Part shown: piece by piece, positions 11,310 through 22,800 of the stretch
Numbering within the stretch: the first letter of the stretch is position 1
Layout: each line of letters starts with the position of its first letter
Source of the DNA: Phallusia mammillata
Taxonomy: Eukaryota
Reading direction: 5' to 3'
NCBI GenBank assembly: GCA_965637545.1
Contig: OZ281494.1
Location: 930,001-994,000, forward strand
Length of the DNA stretch: 64,000 nt
Made by a program: the position numbers and the translations under genes
The notes under the pieces: model-generated
Databases searched by the model: none
Told to the model about the DNA's origin: nothing
Seen by the model: only the letters and a program-made list of their open reading frames with translations

Positions 11310-14308
11310 ATGATGACTTGGGTTTACATCTGCAGGGTTGTGGTTATTTCGATGATGATGCATAATATAACCGCACAAACTAAATGTAAGTGTAACTTTT
11401 ACTAATAAAATTGCTTTATACGTTTGTTGGTTTGGTTTACATCCCAAGAGAGCTTATTCAGACCTTAGATATCTAAACTAAAGTGTAATTGTGCCAAATG
11501 CACAGCAATTTCCAAAGCTTATACGTGCGATAAACAACTTATTTAACAACTCAAAACTTTGCAGTTAACAACGAGGTATTGTGCAGGTTGCAACAACACT
11601 TTTCAAGGAGTGAAGGACAGTGTGTTGATATTATCTGACGATCTTGTGGATGCAAACACTGCAGAGGAGAAGTGTTCTTTGCTGGGTGGAAATCTTGCAA
11701 TGACTGATGACCCACAGATCAACGCAACTCTCACTCAACTCATGACATACAAATACATAACAGGTTGGAGAAAAAAACAGTGATATTTTTAAAACAACCC
11801 CTCAAAAACAATAAATTGAAATTAACTAGACAAAAAAACACTGGTGTTAATTAATGGCCTAAAACAAACTTTGTTGCAGATTTGCAGCGGGTTTATATTT
11901 TTTATGACCCTATCATATATGAACGATGAAAATACTCAAAGAATTCAGTTGAAGTGGATTCCTGGAAAAGTACAAAAACTCTTGGACATCTGTGGTATTT
12001 CGACTTGTACAAAAGGTAATAATTTTAAATGATAACCAATGTATGCACATTTTGTTTAGTCACACCATTGATCATATTAAAGCTTTAACCTACGCCAAAA
12101 GAAACCTTTGTATAAAATAATATACATTTTTTTAGGAAATCTGATAACATTATGGTGGAAATTTACTTCTGCAATGCCCCCAGTTGGGTAAACCAGGGCA
12201 GAGACAAATGGATCGTAACCATTGGAACAAGCTGTAAATTTAAAGTCGGTGGAAATTGGAATGGTTTGTGCTACTCAGCTAGTTAATAAAATAATTTACA
12301 TGAAACAGTGGCAAAACCGTGTTCGCATTGATGCCTTTCAGGATGGGAAGTAAGATTTTCATTGTTTTCAAAAACTCAAAAACGTCAAACGAAAATATTG
12401 AATTACAAAAGTGATGTCATGAATTCGGACAAATTGCGTAGTGTGAATGAAACATTCGGAAACTTTTCAGAATACAGAGGATCGTTCCTGGCACCACGTA
12501 AGTATTTCATTCAAACCTTTAAAAACACTCCCCAACGGTTTGTCTGCACAAACACGTACATCTTCTAGATATTAAAGTTCTAATTGGAGCTCGTTACAAC
12601 ACTTCGTTGCATGGTTGGTATTGGAGCGACGGATCCCCGGCAAACTTTCCCGTTTCCAACGTTTCATCTTGCCAGCAGGGAGCGTTGCATTATGGGATCG
12701 GATGGGAACAGACAAGCATGAACTGCAGTGGTGAACCGGCTTACTACGTTTGTCAAGTGAAATGTGTGAATTTACAATGTTTTCACTGTACATCACTATA
12801 ATGCTCGATTTATGGTTTTCATCAAATGTTTAAGTTTCGGCTCATAAGTTATAATCGTTTAGATTCAAGTTTCATCTCATTTTTAAGCTGGCCATTGAAT
12901 CACACTTTAGTGAACGTTTCTTTGAAGAAGTTTGAATGCAACGTGCAAAGCTAAAAACATAGTTTGGGTGGTATTGACTTTCAAAACTAACCACAATTAA
13001 CTTTCAAAATTCATCTCAACTTTCAAAATTCACCACAATTTTTGCAGTAAACACGACTGCAGAAACATTTCCATGCAACGCTTCACCTGTGCTCATCGGT
13101 TGGAATGGAATTAATCATTTTATCATCAACAACAATCTGAATGCACAGGTCGAAATAAAGGTTTTGTTGTTTGTTTCTCATCAAGTGAAATATACAACTA
13201 TTTATAAACTAATTAGTTGCCTTTGTGTCGTTGGTGTTTTTGCTAAACAAACTAAACTATTATTCAAATCCAAACCACATGCAGGTTGAGATTGAAGTCC
13301 AGGGTTTGAATCAAACAATCTCTGTTCCGTACTTTGATAAAGCGACCGAAATAAATCAACTGTACAAGTCTACTTTTTATAATATTAAGGTAAAAGTTTA
13401 TTTGTCTTTTCAAGTGGTTAAAAAAATTGTTTTCAAACATATTTTTTGGACTAATAAATATGAAACCCAATGAGAATAATGAATCTTGTCAATGATTATG
13501 CCGCAAAACGTTTTCATTCCAGGTCACAGTGATTGTCACTGGTTCAATCAACACAAACATCATATCCAATCTGACAGTAAAAACTCCGGGTAATCCCCCT
13601 TCAAGCTGCTTTCCTGGAGATAACACGGCCAATCCTGCAACGAGTCTTGGAATGATTGCTGGTTTGGTGATCGGGCTGGTGCTTCTGCTACTTGCCATTG
13701 TTGCGCTGGTGGTCATGTTTATACGCCGAAGACGAAGGTTTGTATTTGATTGATAAATCAATACATTTTAACCAATTGAGAAATCAGTTCTGCTTTTGCT
13801 ACGACTAAAACCAGCTGGGATGATAAAGACAAACACGTTGTCGTTGCGCGCTAACTAAACTCACCAACTTGCATTTAAAATCAGATTTAAAAGAAATTTG
13901 TTTCTTCGTATACCTCATGCATCAGATACAGGTTTTGAATCTCCCAAATTTCGCCTTTTTGTTTCGTTGGCTGTGTCGTTTGGCCAAAAACAAAGCTCAT
14001 CAATCAACTTTCGCATGTTTCCCACTTTGAACCACTGCAAAAAAGCATGTTTTTGTTTCACTTTCTGCAGAGCAACACACGGTAAACGAACTACTAATTC
14101 ATTGGCAACTGCGCGTTCTCCACAAAGAACAGAAGGTAGCAAAAAAGTGCACAATTAGATGAGAAAGTTCACAACTAGTTTCGACTTTGCAGGGCCGTCT
14201 ACCTCTGGAAATGTCCATCAACATGAATATGAGAACTTCAGAAATGATTATGAAAACATGAATGTAAACGCAACAAACGCAAACCCTGCTTACGAGGAAA
14301 TACAATAA
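11310..14308 (+). CDS. CTLD-FN3-TM receptor with Tyr-motif tail, paralog 2 (open only if exons B+C or B-D are skipped)
   Basis: Signal 11310-11385 (MMTWVYICRVVVISMMMHNITAQTK), A 11587-11763, B 11880-12015 approx (TGA 11927-11929), C 12136-12281, D 12342-12497, E 12569-12763, FN3 13048-13148/13285-13389, FN3-end+TM 13523-13737, tail 14071-14135 and 14193-14308 (HEYENFRNDYENMNVNATNANPAYEEIQ*). Confidence 0.68.
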
Positions 14309-15622
14309 TTAAACAAGTTGTCCCTCTTTTAACTACTTTGTTCCCTTTCTTTTCGTTACTTGTGACTATATTCATTGCTTGTAATTACAAGCATGGGCGT
14401 CCGCAGGAAAAAATACAGGGGAGGGCAATACTATCGTCGCATCGCCGTTCGAGAAACGGTATTTCACAACAAAAATCATCTGACAGCCTTCCCCCCCGCT
14501 ACGGACCCCCATCATTACAAGTTAATAAAACACACTGGTGTTTCTAGTGAAGACAAGTCTCTGACATTAAAGTTACGTTTCTAATCTATATTGAAACTTT
14601 AATAAGGAAAATTTTCCTTATCGATGCCCGAATTCTCCTGGTGAATCTGTCCAATCTCTCATTCGTTTGCTTCATTTCTATTTTTTGTCGCAAACCACAC
14701 CCCTTCGTAATGAGTCCAATTCTTAATTCTTTGGATATTTTATATAATTTTGTTGACTTTCGGTTGTTGGGGACTTAATTTATTTTAACACAACAGATTC
14801 CACTGGGGTTTGAGCACTGTTATAAACATTTCTTAGTAAACACAAGTGATCGAAACTGGTTTAGATCCCATAAACTTGTGTTTGTCTGCTTTCCTGCTCC
14901 AAGTGTTGTACAGCTTTAAAATCCCTGCTTTCGGCGTTTAACATTCTGCTTATTTTTGAAATATTTGCAATGCTGTTAAAGTTGTTTCGATGCTTGTATA
15001 TAAAAGTTTTCACCTTCAAAAAACGTTTCCCAATTTTTAGTAGTTTTAGACCCTTTATAAATTTGACAAAAACCCTCTAAGCTTGTTTAGTTTGCACCAT
15101 GATGTTGCAGGTAGATCTGACGGCAGTGTCGTGATAACCCAACAGTTTGGGCTTTTTTTCAAACAATGAGTCACCTTTAAACAGTGGTGTCTGAGGTAGA
15201 ACTTACAGCAGTCCCATGATAACCTCACATTTCAAGCTTTTTTTTCTTTAAACAATGATTAACCGCTGCCTGACCTGTCAGCAAATATTCAACTGCTCTC
15301 ACACACTTTACTACAATAGATATAACATACAATTGGTATACAATAAGCAAATGTTATAACCGCAGATTATCCAAATTAATTAGCAGCAGATTGCATGGAC
15401 ATGAATCAGCCAGGTTGAGTGTTGTGCAAACATTTCGAGAACTAACTGAGTATACATTTTCCACGGATATCGTATGTGGCGAAAGTTTGGAAATTGAAAA
15501 TAGTTTTGTATATTAATTAATTTTGTTGTCCAATCAAATTCTGTTTCAAATCAAATCAAATTGAATGAAAATGTCAAAAACTTTTAATTCTTGTGTTAGT
15601 GATTTACCACATTTAAATTGAG

Positions 15623-15717
15623 AAAATCGAAAAACAATCCAAAGACAACCAGAACAAGGCACGTGTCACAGTTGCCTGAAAATGCTGTGAGAAACCGCTG
15701 CAAGAATATTTTCCCTT
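15623..15717 (+). pseudogene. Decayed PTP D1 'KNRY' exon behind paralog 2
   Basis: Aligns to 21543-21639; 2-nt deletion, RNRY changed to RNRC, donor mutated to GTAAC. Confidence 0.85.
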
Positions 15718-16879
15718 GTAACTACTAAAACACAAAGTTTAAACGGGGGTTAGACTTACCTAAACGTAGGTTGAAATATTTGGATCGAAGATTTGGTCAC
15801 AAGCTAAAGTCAGAAACGGCATTTTTACACAAAGAACTTCAACTTTTGCGTTTTACTTCCTTGTCAGGCTACGACGTGGTCCAAAGTGCAGACTTTGTTC
15901 TTACAACCGAAACTGATACAATGTTTTCTAAGTTCTATTCACCATGTAGCAAGCCTCACTGCGCAAATAGCAACCGATGTTTTATTGAAAGAACGTAAGA
16001 TTTTTTTCAAAAGGCAACGAAAGTTTAAGCCCCTTTTCTGTAACTTTTAAGAATTTTTGTTCTAACATTTACTTTATTTAGCAAAAAAGAAGTTGTGTTC
16101 TTTGCGTTATCCGCTCCTGCAGGTCATAGGAATTAAAAAAAACAAATGGAGGATGGGATATACAGGCACACAACGTTGAGTCATGCTTTTGCCACGCAGC
16201 GCTCTTTCTTTCAGCCATTGTTGTTAATTTCTACAACCAACAGAAAAGTCTATGGAAGCTAATCATCAATGTGTTATGAGTCAGTACCATCGATTTTGCA
16301 GATGTGCAGAGGGTAGTCATACCTGATGTAAGGTTAACATCTTGACTAATGAGAAAACAGAAATAGATTTGTGAAACGTGTTGCATACTTAACGATGAAA
16401 ATAACGTCCCAACATCAAAATGTCTGGTAAATTTATCAAATAGAGTGTTGTAATTTTTAGCTAGATTGTTGGGAATGAACTTATATCAGTTACAAAGCGT
16501 TAGCACAGATAAGGCCCAAATCAATTGTGATATAATCGTGGTCCAGAAGCAAAGCAGTATCGCGACCAGTCCAACTATAATATAGTTACCATAGGGTTCA
16601 ATTTAAACCGAAAGCTGATAAGCTTTACCGTTGCAGCTCGTGACAATACGTAGGCCGTGTATGCTAGTATAGCCAGATTCTGATACACTAGTTTGTCAGG
16701 AGTTACAAGCCGAAATACCAACAGCTTAACTGTACGATTTTTATGTTGTAATTGTAGTGTTTGATACACAGCTTGTCTTACAACAAACATGGCAACAAAC
16801 ACGTTTCTTACATCTGAAGCGAACAGTAATGACAAGTAGAAAGTGACCATATTTTGTTAATTGTGACAAACCAGACGTA

Positions 16880-19800
16880 ATGATTGTGGCTTGTATCAGC
16901 AAGATTGTGGTTATATTCCTAATGGTTCATGTTATCACCGCACAAACTAAATGTAAGTTTCACTGTTACTTACAAAACTGTTAGTATTCGTTTGCTTGTT
17001 TGGTTTATATCCTAAGTGACCATATTCAAGTAATAAAATATGACTTAGGTCGTCACACAGCCCTAAGACACCAGAACTAATCTCTGTAACTAATTGTGCC
17101 GAAAGCGCTGCAATGCTCCAAGCTGAACAACTCATTTGGTAGAACATTTGCAGTTAACAATGAGTTTTTGTGCAGGTTGCAAAAATACTTTTCAAGCAGT
17201 GAAGGACAGTGTGTTGATATTATCTGACGATCTTGTGGATGCAAACACTGCACAGGAGAAATGTTCTTTGCTGGGTGGAAATCTTGCAATGACGGATGAC
17301 CCACAGATCAACACAACTCTCACTCAACTCATGACAGACAAATACACAACAGGTTGGTAAAAACAGTGATATTTTTCTAACAACCTCTAAAAAAATAATA
17401 AATTTAAATCAATTGGATAGAAAAACACTGGGGTAAATTAACGCCATGAAACAAAACGTTGTTTCAGATTTGCAGCGGGTTTATGTGTTTTTTGATCAAT
17501 CCAAAAAATACGAACGTTGCAAATACTCGAAAAGTCCGGTTGAAACTGGAACTTGGAAAAGTACAAAACCTCTCGGACATCTGTGGTATTTTGACTTATA
17601 CAGAAGGTGAAAAAACAGATAATTGTAAACTTGTCACTATCAATGAAACTTAAATACATTGAGCGGGAATCTTGAAAACACGATGGAATCAATTTACTTC
17701 TGCGAAGCTTGGAAAAACAAAAATGAGGAGAAGTGGAATGTGACGGTTGGAAGAAATTGTGAAGGCCTGGATAACTTTGGAGATTGGAATGGTTAGTGTT
17801 GTACGTACCTTAGTAACATTTATTGGATCATAATAATTTACCTAGCACTTATTATCCACTGCTTACGATTTAAGTTTTGTCAGGTTTTTCGAATCAAAAC
17901 GATGACAACAAAATCATTTTATTTAACGTCTTTGATCTCACTCACAAAAATTTGCAGGATGGACATTACGATATTCTTTATTTTCCGACACTAAAACAAG
18001 GAAACGACAAAACGTAATTTTCAGTTACGGAAGCATCGGTAAAATGCGTGGAAGCAAATTGCGAAGTGTCAATGAATCGTTTGAAGGCTTCACTACATAC
18101 GATGGATCGTTCCTGGCACCAAGTAAGTGCATGGTGTTAAAAAGTAAAACATCTACCATCATGTTATAAAGCATTCACTGTATATCCAGAAGTTAATGTG
18201 TTTGTGGGAGCTCGTTACAACACGTCGTTGGGTCGTTGGTATTGGAGCGATGGATCTCCGGCAAACTTTTCCGTTTCCAACGTTACAACTTGCCAGCAGG
18301 GAGCGTTGCATTATGGGATCGGATGGGAGCAGTCAAGCATGAACTGCAGTGGTGAACCGGCTTACTACGCTTGTCAAGTGAAATGTAAATAATTACCAAG
18401 TTTTTCAGCCAAATCAAAAAACATATCGAATGCTCTACAAAATGTTTCTGTGGGTTGTTTTTGTTTTTTTGAAAAGTAATTCGTGACCTCGTGACCTTAT
18501 TTAACTTGGTAACGTATGGAATTTTAGTCAATGCAACTGGCGAGACATTTCCATGCAACGCTTCAACTGTGCGTGTCAGTTGGACTGGACTTGATCAATT
18601 CATCAGCAACAACGATCTGATTACACAGGTTTAAGGCAAGTTTGTGTGGTTAAAAACATTTTTTGAAACCAAACTACATACAGGTTGAGATTAGGATCGT
18701 AGATTTGAACCAGACAATCTCTGTTCCGTATTCTGACAACTGGACCCTAATAGAAAATCTCATTCACTCAACATTCTATGAAATTCAGGTGAAAATTCAT
18801 TTCTACAATTAATTGCAGGACATGCTCTATACAACCAGTTAAAAGCTTTAAAGTTAAAACCACCTTCATTGCCTTACACAAGCCCAGTTAAGTATTTTAT
18901 ATTCCAGGTCACGGTGATTGTCACTGGTTTAATTAACACAAACATCATATCCAATCTGACAGTAACAACTCCGGGTAATCCCCCTCCACGCTGTTTTCCT
19001 GGAGGTGAAATTAAACCAAAAAAACTAAACAGTAAATTTTATGTTGCAGTAAACACGACTGCAGAGACATTTCCATGCAACTCAACTGTGCTTGTCAGTT
19101 GGACTGGACTTGATCAATTCATCAACAATAACGATTTGTTAGCACAGGTATAAGTTTTGTTATTTACTGTTTGCGTTAAATTCGTAAAAATGCAACGAAT
19201 TAAGTAAAGCAAACTAAATTTACCAACAAATACATACAGGCTGTGATTCAAGTCCAGGGTTTGAATCAAACAATCTCCGTTCCCTATTCGGTTCAATCAA
19301 CTTTAATTGAAGGACTTAATCACTCTACATCTTATGATGTTCAGGTAAGCACTTTTGCTCGAAAACACAAACCAAAGTAACGTCGAAATTGGCTGCAAAA
19401 AATAAACTAATTTTATTTAATATTCCAGATCACAGTCATTGTCACTGGTTCAATCAACACAAACATCACATCCAATCTGACAGTAACAACTCCGGGTAAT
19501 CCCCCTCCACGCTGTTTTCCTGGAGGTGAAATTAAACCAATTTTGTTTCATATATGCACTGAACTTACAGAGTTCAGAAAAGTGATTGAAAACCACAATT
19601 TTAAAAAAGCCAGAAATGGTTTAAATACCTGCAAATTTTGTAAAAACTGAACAGTAAATTTTATGTTGCAGTAAACACGACTGCAGAGACATTTCCATGC
19701 AACGCTTCAACTGTGCTTGTCAGTTGGACTGGACTTGATCAATTCATCAACAACAACGATCTAATTGCTAAGGTTTAAATATAAGTTTTGTTATTTACTG

Positions 19801-22800
19801 TTTGCGTTAAATTCGTAAAAATGCAACGAATTAAGTAAAGCAAACTAAATTTACCAACAAATACATACAGGCTGTGATTCAAGTCCAGGGTTTGAATCAA
19901 ACAATCTCTGTTCCCTATTCAGTTCAATCAACTTTAATTGAAGGACTTAATCACTCTACATCTTATGATGTTCAGGTAAGCACTTTTGCTCCAAAACACA
20001 AACTAAAGTAACGCCGAAATTGGCTGCAAAAAATAAACTAATTATATTTAATATTCCAGATCACAGTCATTGTCACTGGTTCAATCAACACAAACATCAC
20101 ATCCAATCTGACAGTAACAACACCAGGTAATCTCCCGCCAAACTGCTTTCCTGGAGATAGCACAAAACCTGTCATGAGTGTTGGAATGATTGCTGGTTTG
20201 GTGATCGGGCTGTTGCTTCTGGTACTTGTCGTTGTTGGGCTGGTGGTCATGTTTATTCGTCGAAGACACAGGTTTGATCTGAATTAAATGGCTCAATGCG
20301 AATTCGCATTGTAACTTTTATCGATTACATGACAAATTGTTACCAAAAGTACCATCGTGAGACCAAAAGTACCAAAAGTACAACTTCCGCACGAAAGTTA
20401 ACAGTGGTTTGTTGTTGTGACTCATTTGTCCAGACGCCCGAAGCGAAACCCGCCTAACCAATTAACCTAATATGAATTAAGTTGAAACTCGCAATGGATA
20501 TCTAAAGGAAAGGAAGCATCTTTGTTGAAATACTGAACTGAAACTTATATTCTATTATATTGCAGGCCAAGCAAGGATCAACCTTTACGCGTGGAAGTTT
20601 CCATTCATCAATCTTCAGGTTCACCGCAAGGTAGATATAAGTTACTTGGGTAAAACAGCGGATTGCTTACTACAAAAAGTGCATACATGGGCCTAAGTAC
20701 TAAGGAGTATGGGAGTGTAATTTTTTCCGCAGAGATAAAACCTTTTAATTAATGAAATGATAAGAAAACAGAAATCAAAACAGGATTTAATAGTTGTAGT
20801 TTTTTTGAAAAAAAATTGTTGTTCTTCTCTTCAAATTTGGTACATATGAAATCAGTAGGTTGCCGTATCAAATTTTAATGCCAAAACTTTTACAAACGTT
20901 TTCAAGTTGGGAACGGTGTCTACCAAAACGTTGCATTTGATGCCGGGTCGAAATCAAATTTGTTCGAGTTGTTCAAGAAAAATGCCGAGTCGGGATTTCT
21001 TTTTGCCAACGAATTTGAGGTTTGTTGTGTTAACTGTAAAGAAAAAGTCAAAGAGGCAAGGAAAAGTCTCAACACACACCGTAAAGGGAAAGTCTAAATA
21101 CTGTTTATACCAGGGGTGTCAAACTCGCGGCCCACGGGCCGCATGCGGCCCTTAACACTTAACAACAAGTGTAAAATTTTGTCAGATTTATATAAAATAA
21201 AAGATTAAAATCACATGCGACCCTTGGCATAATTTCCAAACTGCAATGTGGCCCATCGAACCCCACGAGTTTGACAACTCTGGGTTATACAACACAAACC
21301 GTCGGTTTATGCCCGACTTGACGTCAAAAGATGACGTAATGGTGATGTCACTTTGTATTTTGTGGCCTGTTCAAATTAAAAATAGTCGATACTAATTCTG
21401 CCCTATGGCATCAAGTTTTGAGTTAAATCCTGAATTAACAAACAATCACAACGTGCAAGTTAGATTAATTACCTTTTGAAGCAAGTGCCACAAGTCAGTG
21501 GGGAACTTTCACTACTATTCTTTGTGATTTACCACATTTCAGAAAATCAAAAAACAAAGCAAAAACAACCAAAGAACAAGGGACGTGTCACAGTTGCCGC
21601 AAAATGCTGTGAGAAACCGCTACAAGAATATTTTCCCTTGTAAGTATTGAAACACAAAGTTTAATCGTCGGTCACATGTATTTAAAATAGCTTTACATGT
21701 TTGGATCAAAGCCAAAAGGTTACAAGCCAAAAGCAGAAACAGTATTTTCACAACAAAGAACTTTAACTTTCGTGTTTGGCTACAATTTGTTGTAAGCAAC
21801 ATCGACTAAACTTGATACAAAAATATTGTGTCAAAGAACTTTAAATGTTGCACAGATCCTGGTTTGTGCATAACAAGCTCGGAATAAAATCCGAAACAGT
21901 TGCCTTTGTTTAGTTTCTATTTCATCGTAGTAAAAATGACCAAGGATTGACCCATAACGTCTTTTTCTGTCCTCTAAGACAACCGGGCATTAAAAGGTAA
22001 TGACGTAACAACTGGTATGAGACCCGTTACTATAACGTGGGTCATTCACTACTACGTCACACAAGAGAAACCGGTGTTTGTTTACATTTCTGCGTCAGAT
22101 AGTTAGTTACACATTGATTTTCCACCACAGTGATTGTACGTTTTATCTTGTATTTTATATTAATAATTTCAGTCTGTTTTAGTGGAATTTTTGTATAGGG
22201 TTTCTACGATAACTTAAATCAATTGATTACATGGCAAATTTTCGATAAGAGTAAACAAATAAGTATTGAGCCGCGAAGGTCTGATAACAATTAAAACCAT
22301 AATGAAAGCATGAAAGGTGGTCATGTATGGATAGTTTGCCCTCAGAGTGTTTATTACAATGTAACTAATACGTGTGTAATTGACTTCCTGTATAACTTGT
22401 GTTTGTTCAATAGACGATCATGCTCGAGTGGTTTTGCAAGGAAGCGGTGGAAACGATTACATCAACGCCGCTTATATACCGGGTTACGATAACGAGAGGA
22501 AGTTCATCGCCACTCAGGGTCCAAAGAAGGAGACAATCAACGATTTCTGGTTGATGGTTTGGCAGGAAAACTCCAACATCATCGTAATGCTCACTGGCTT
22601 GGTGGAAAACGGAAAGGTTGTCTTTGTTTACTTACTAAATTAACCACCCAGAACTCTTCACAAAGATAACATTCAACAAATTTGTCATTAAACTGGTGTA
22701 ATGCTAATCAAAATACTGGTTGTTATTTCAATAACTTGTATTTTTGCTAACGTTTCGCCCACCAGAACGGTAGGGCTTCTTCAGAGCGATGAATGATATT

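Noticed and set aside
11927-11929. TGA aligned with a Cys codon (TGC in paralog 3), suggesting selenocysteine
   Set aside because: The GPCR copy has TAA and paralog 1 has TAC at the same codon, and no SECIS-like structure was recognised.
15771-15998. 75-aa ORF vaguely resembling an RPTP wedge region
   Set aside because: The homologous DNA is intronic in the intact RPTP (21640-21790) and is not open at 8990-9220; the real wedge exon is 20907-21019.
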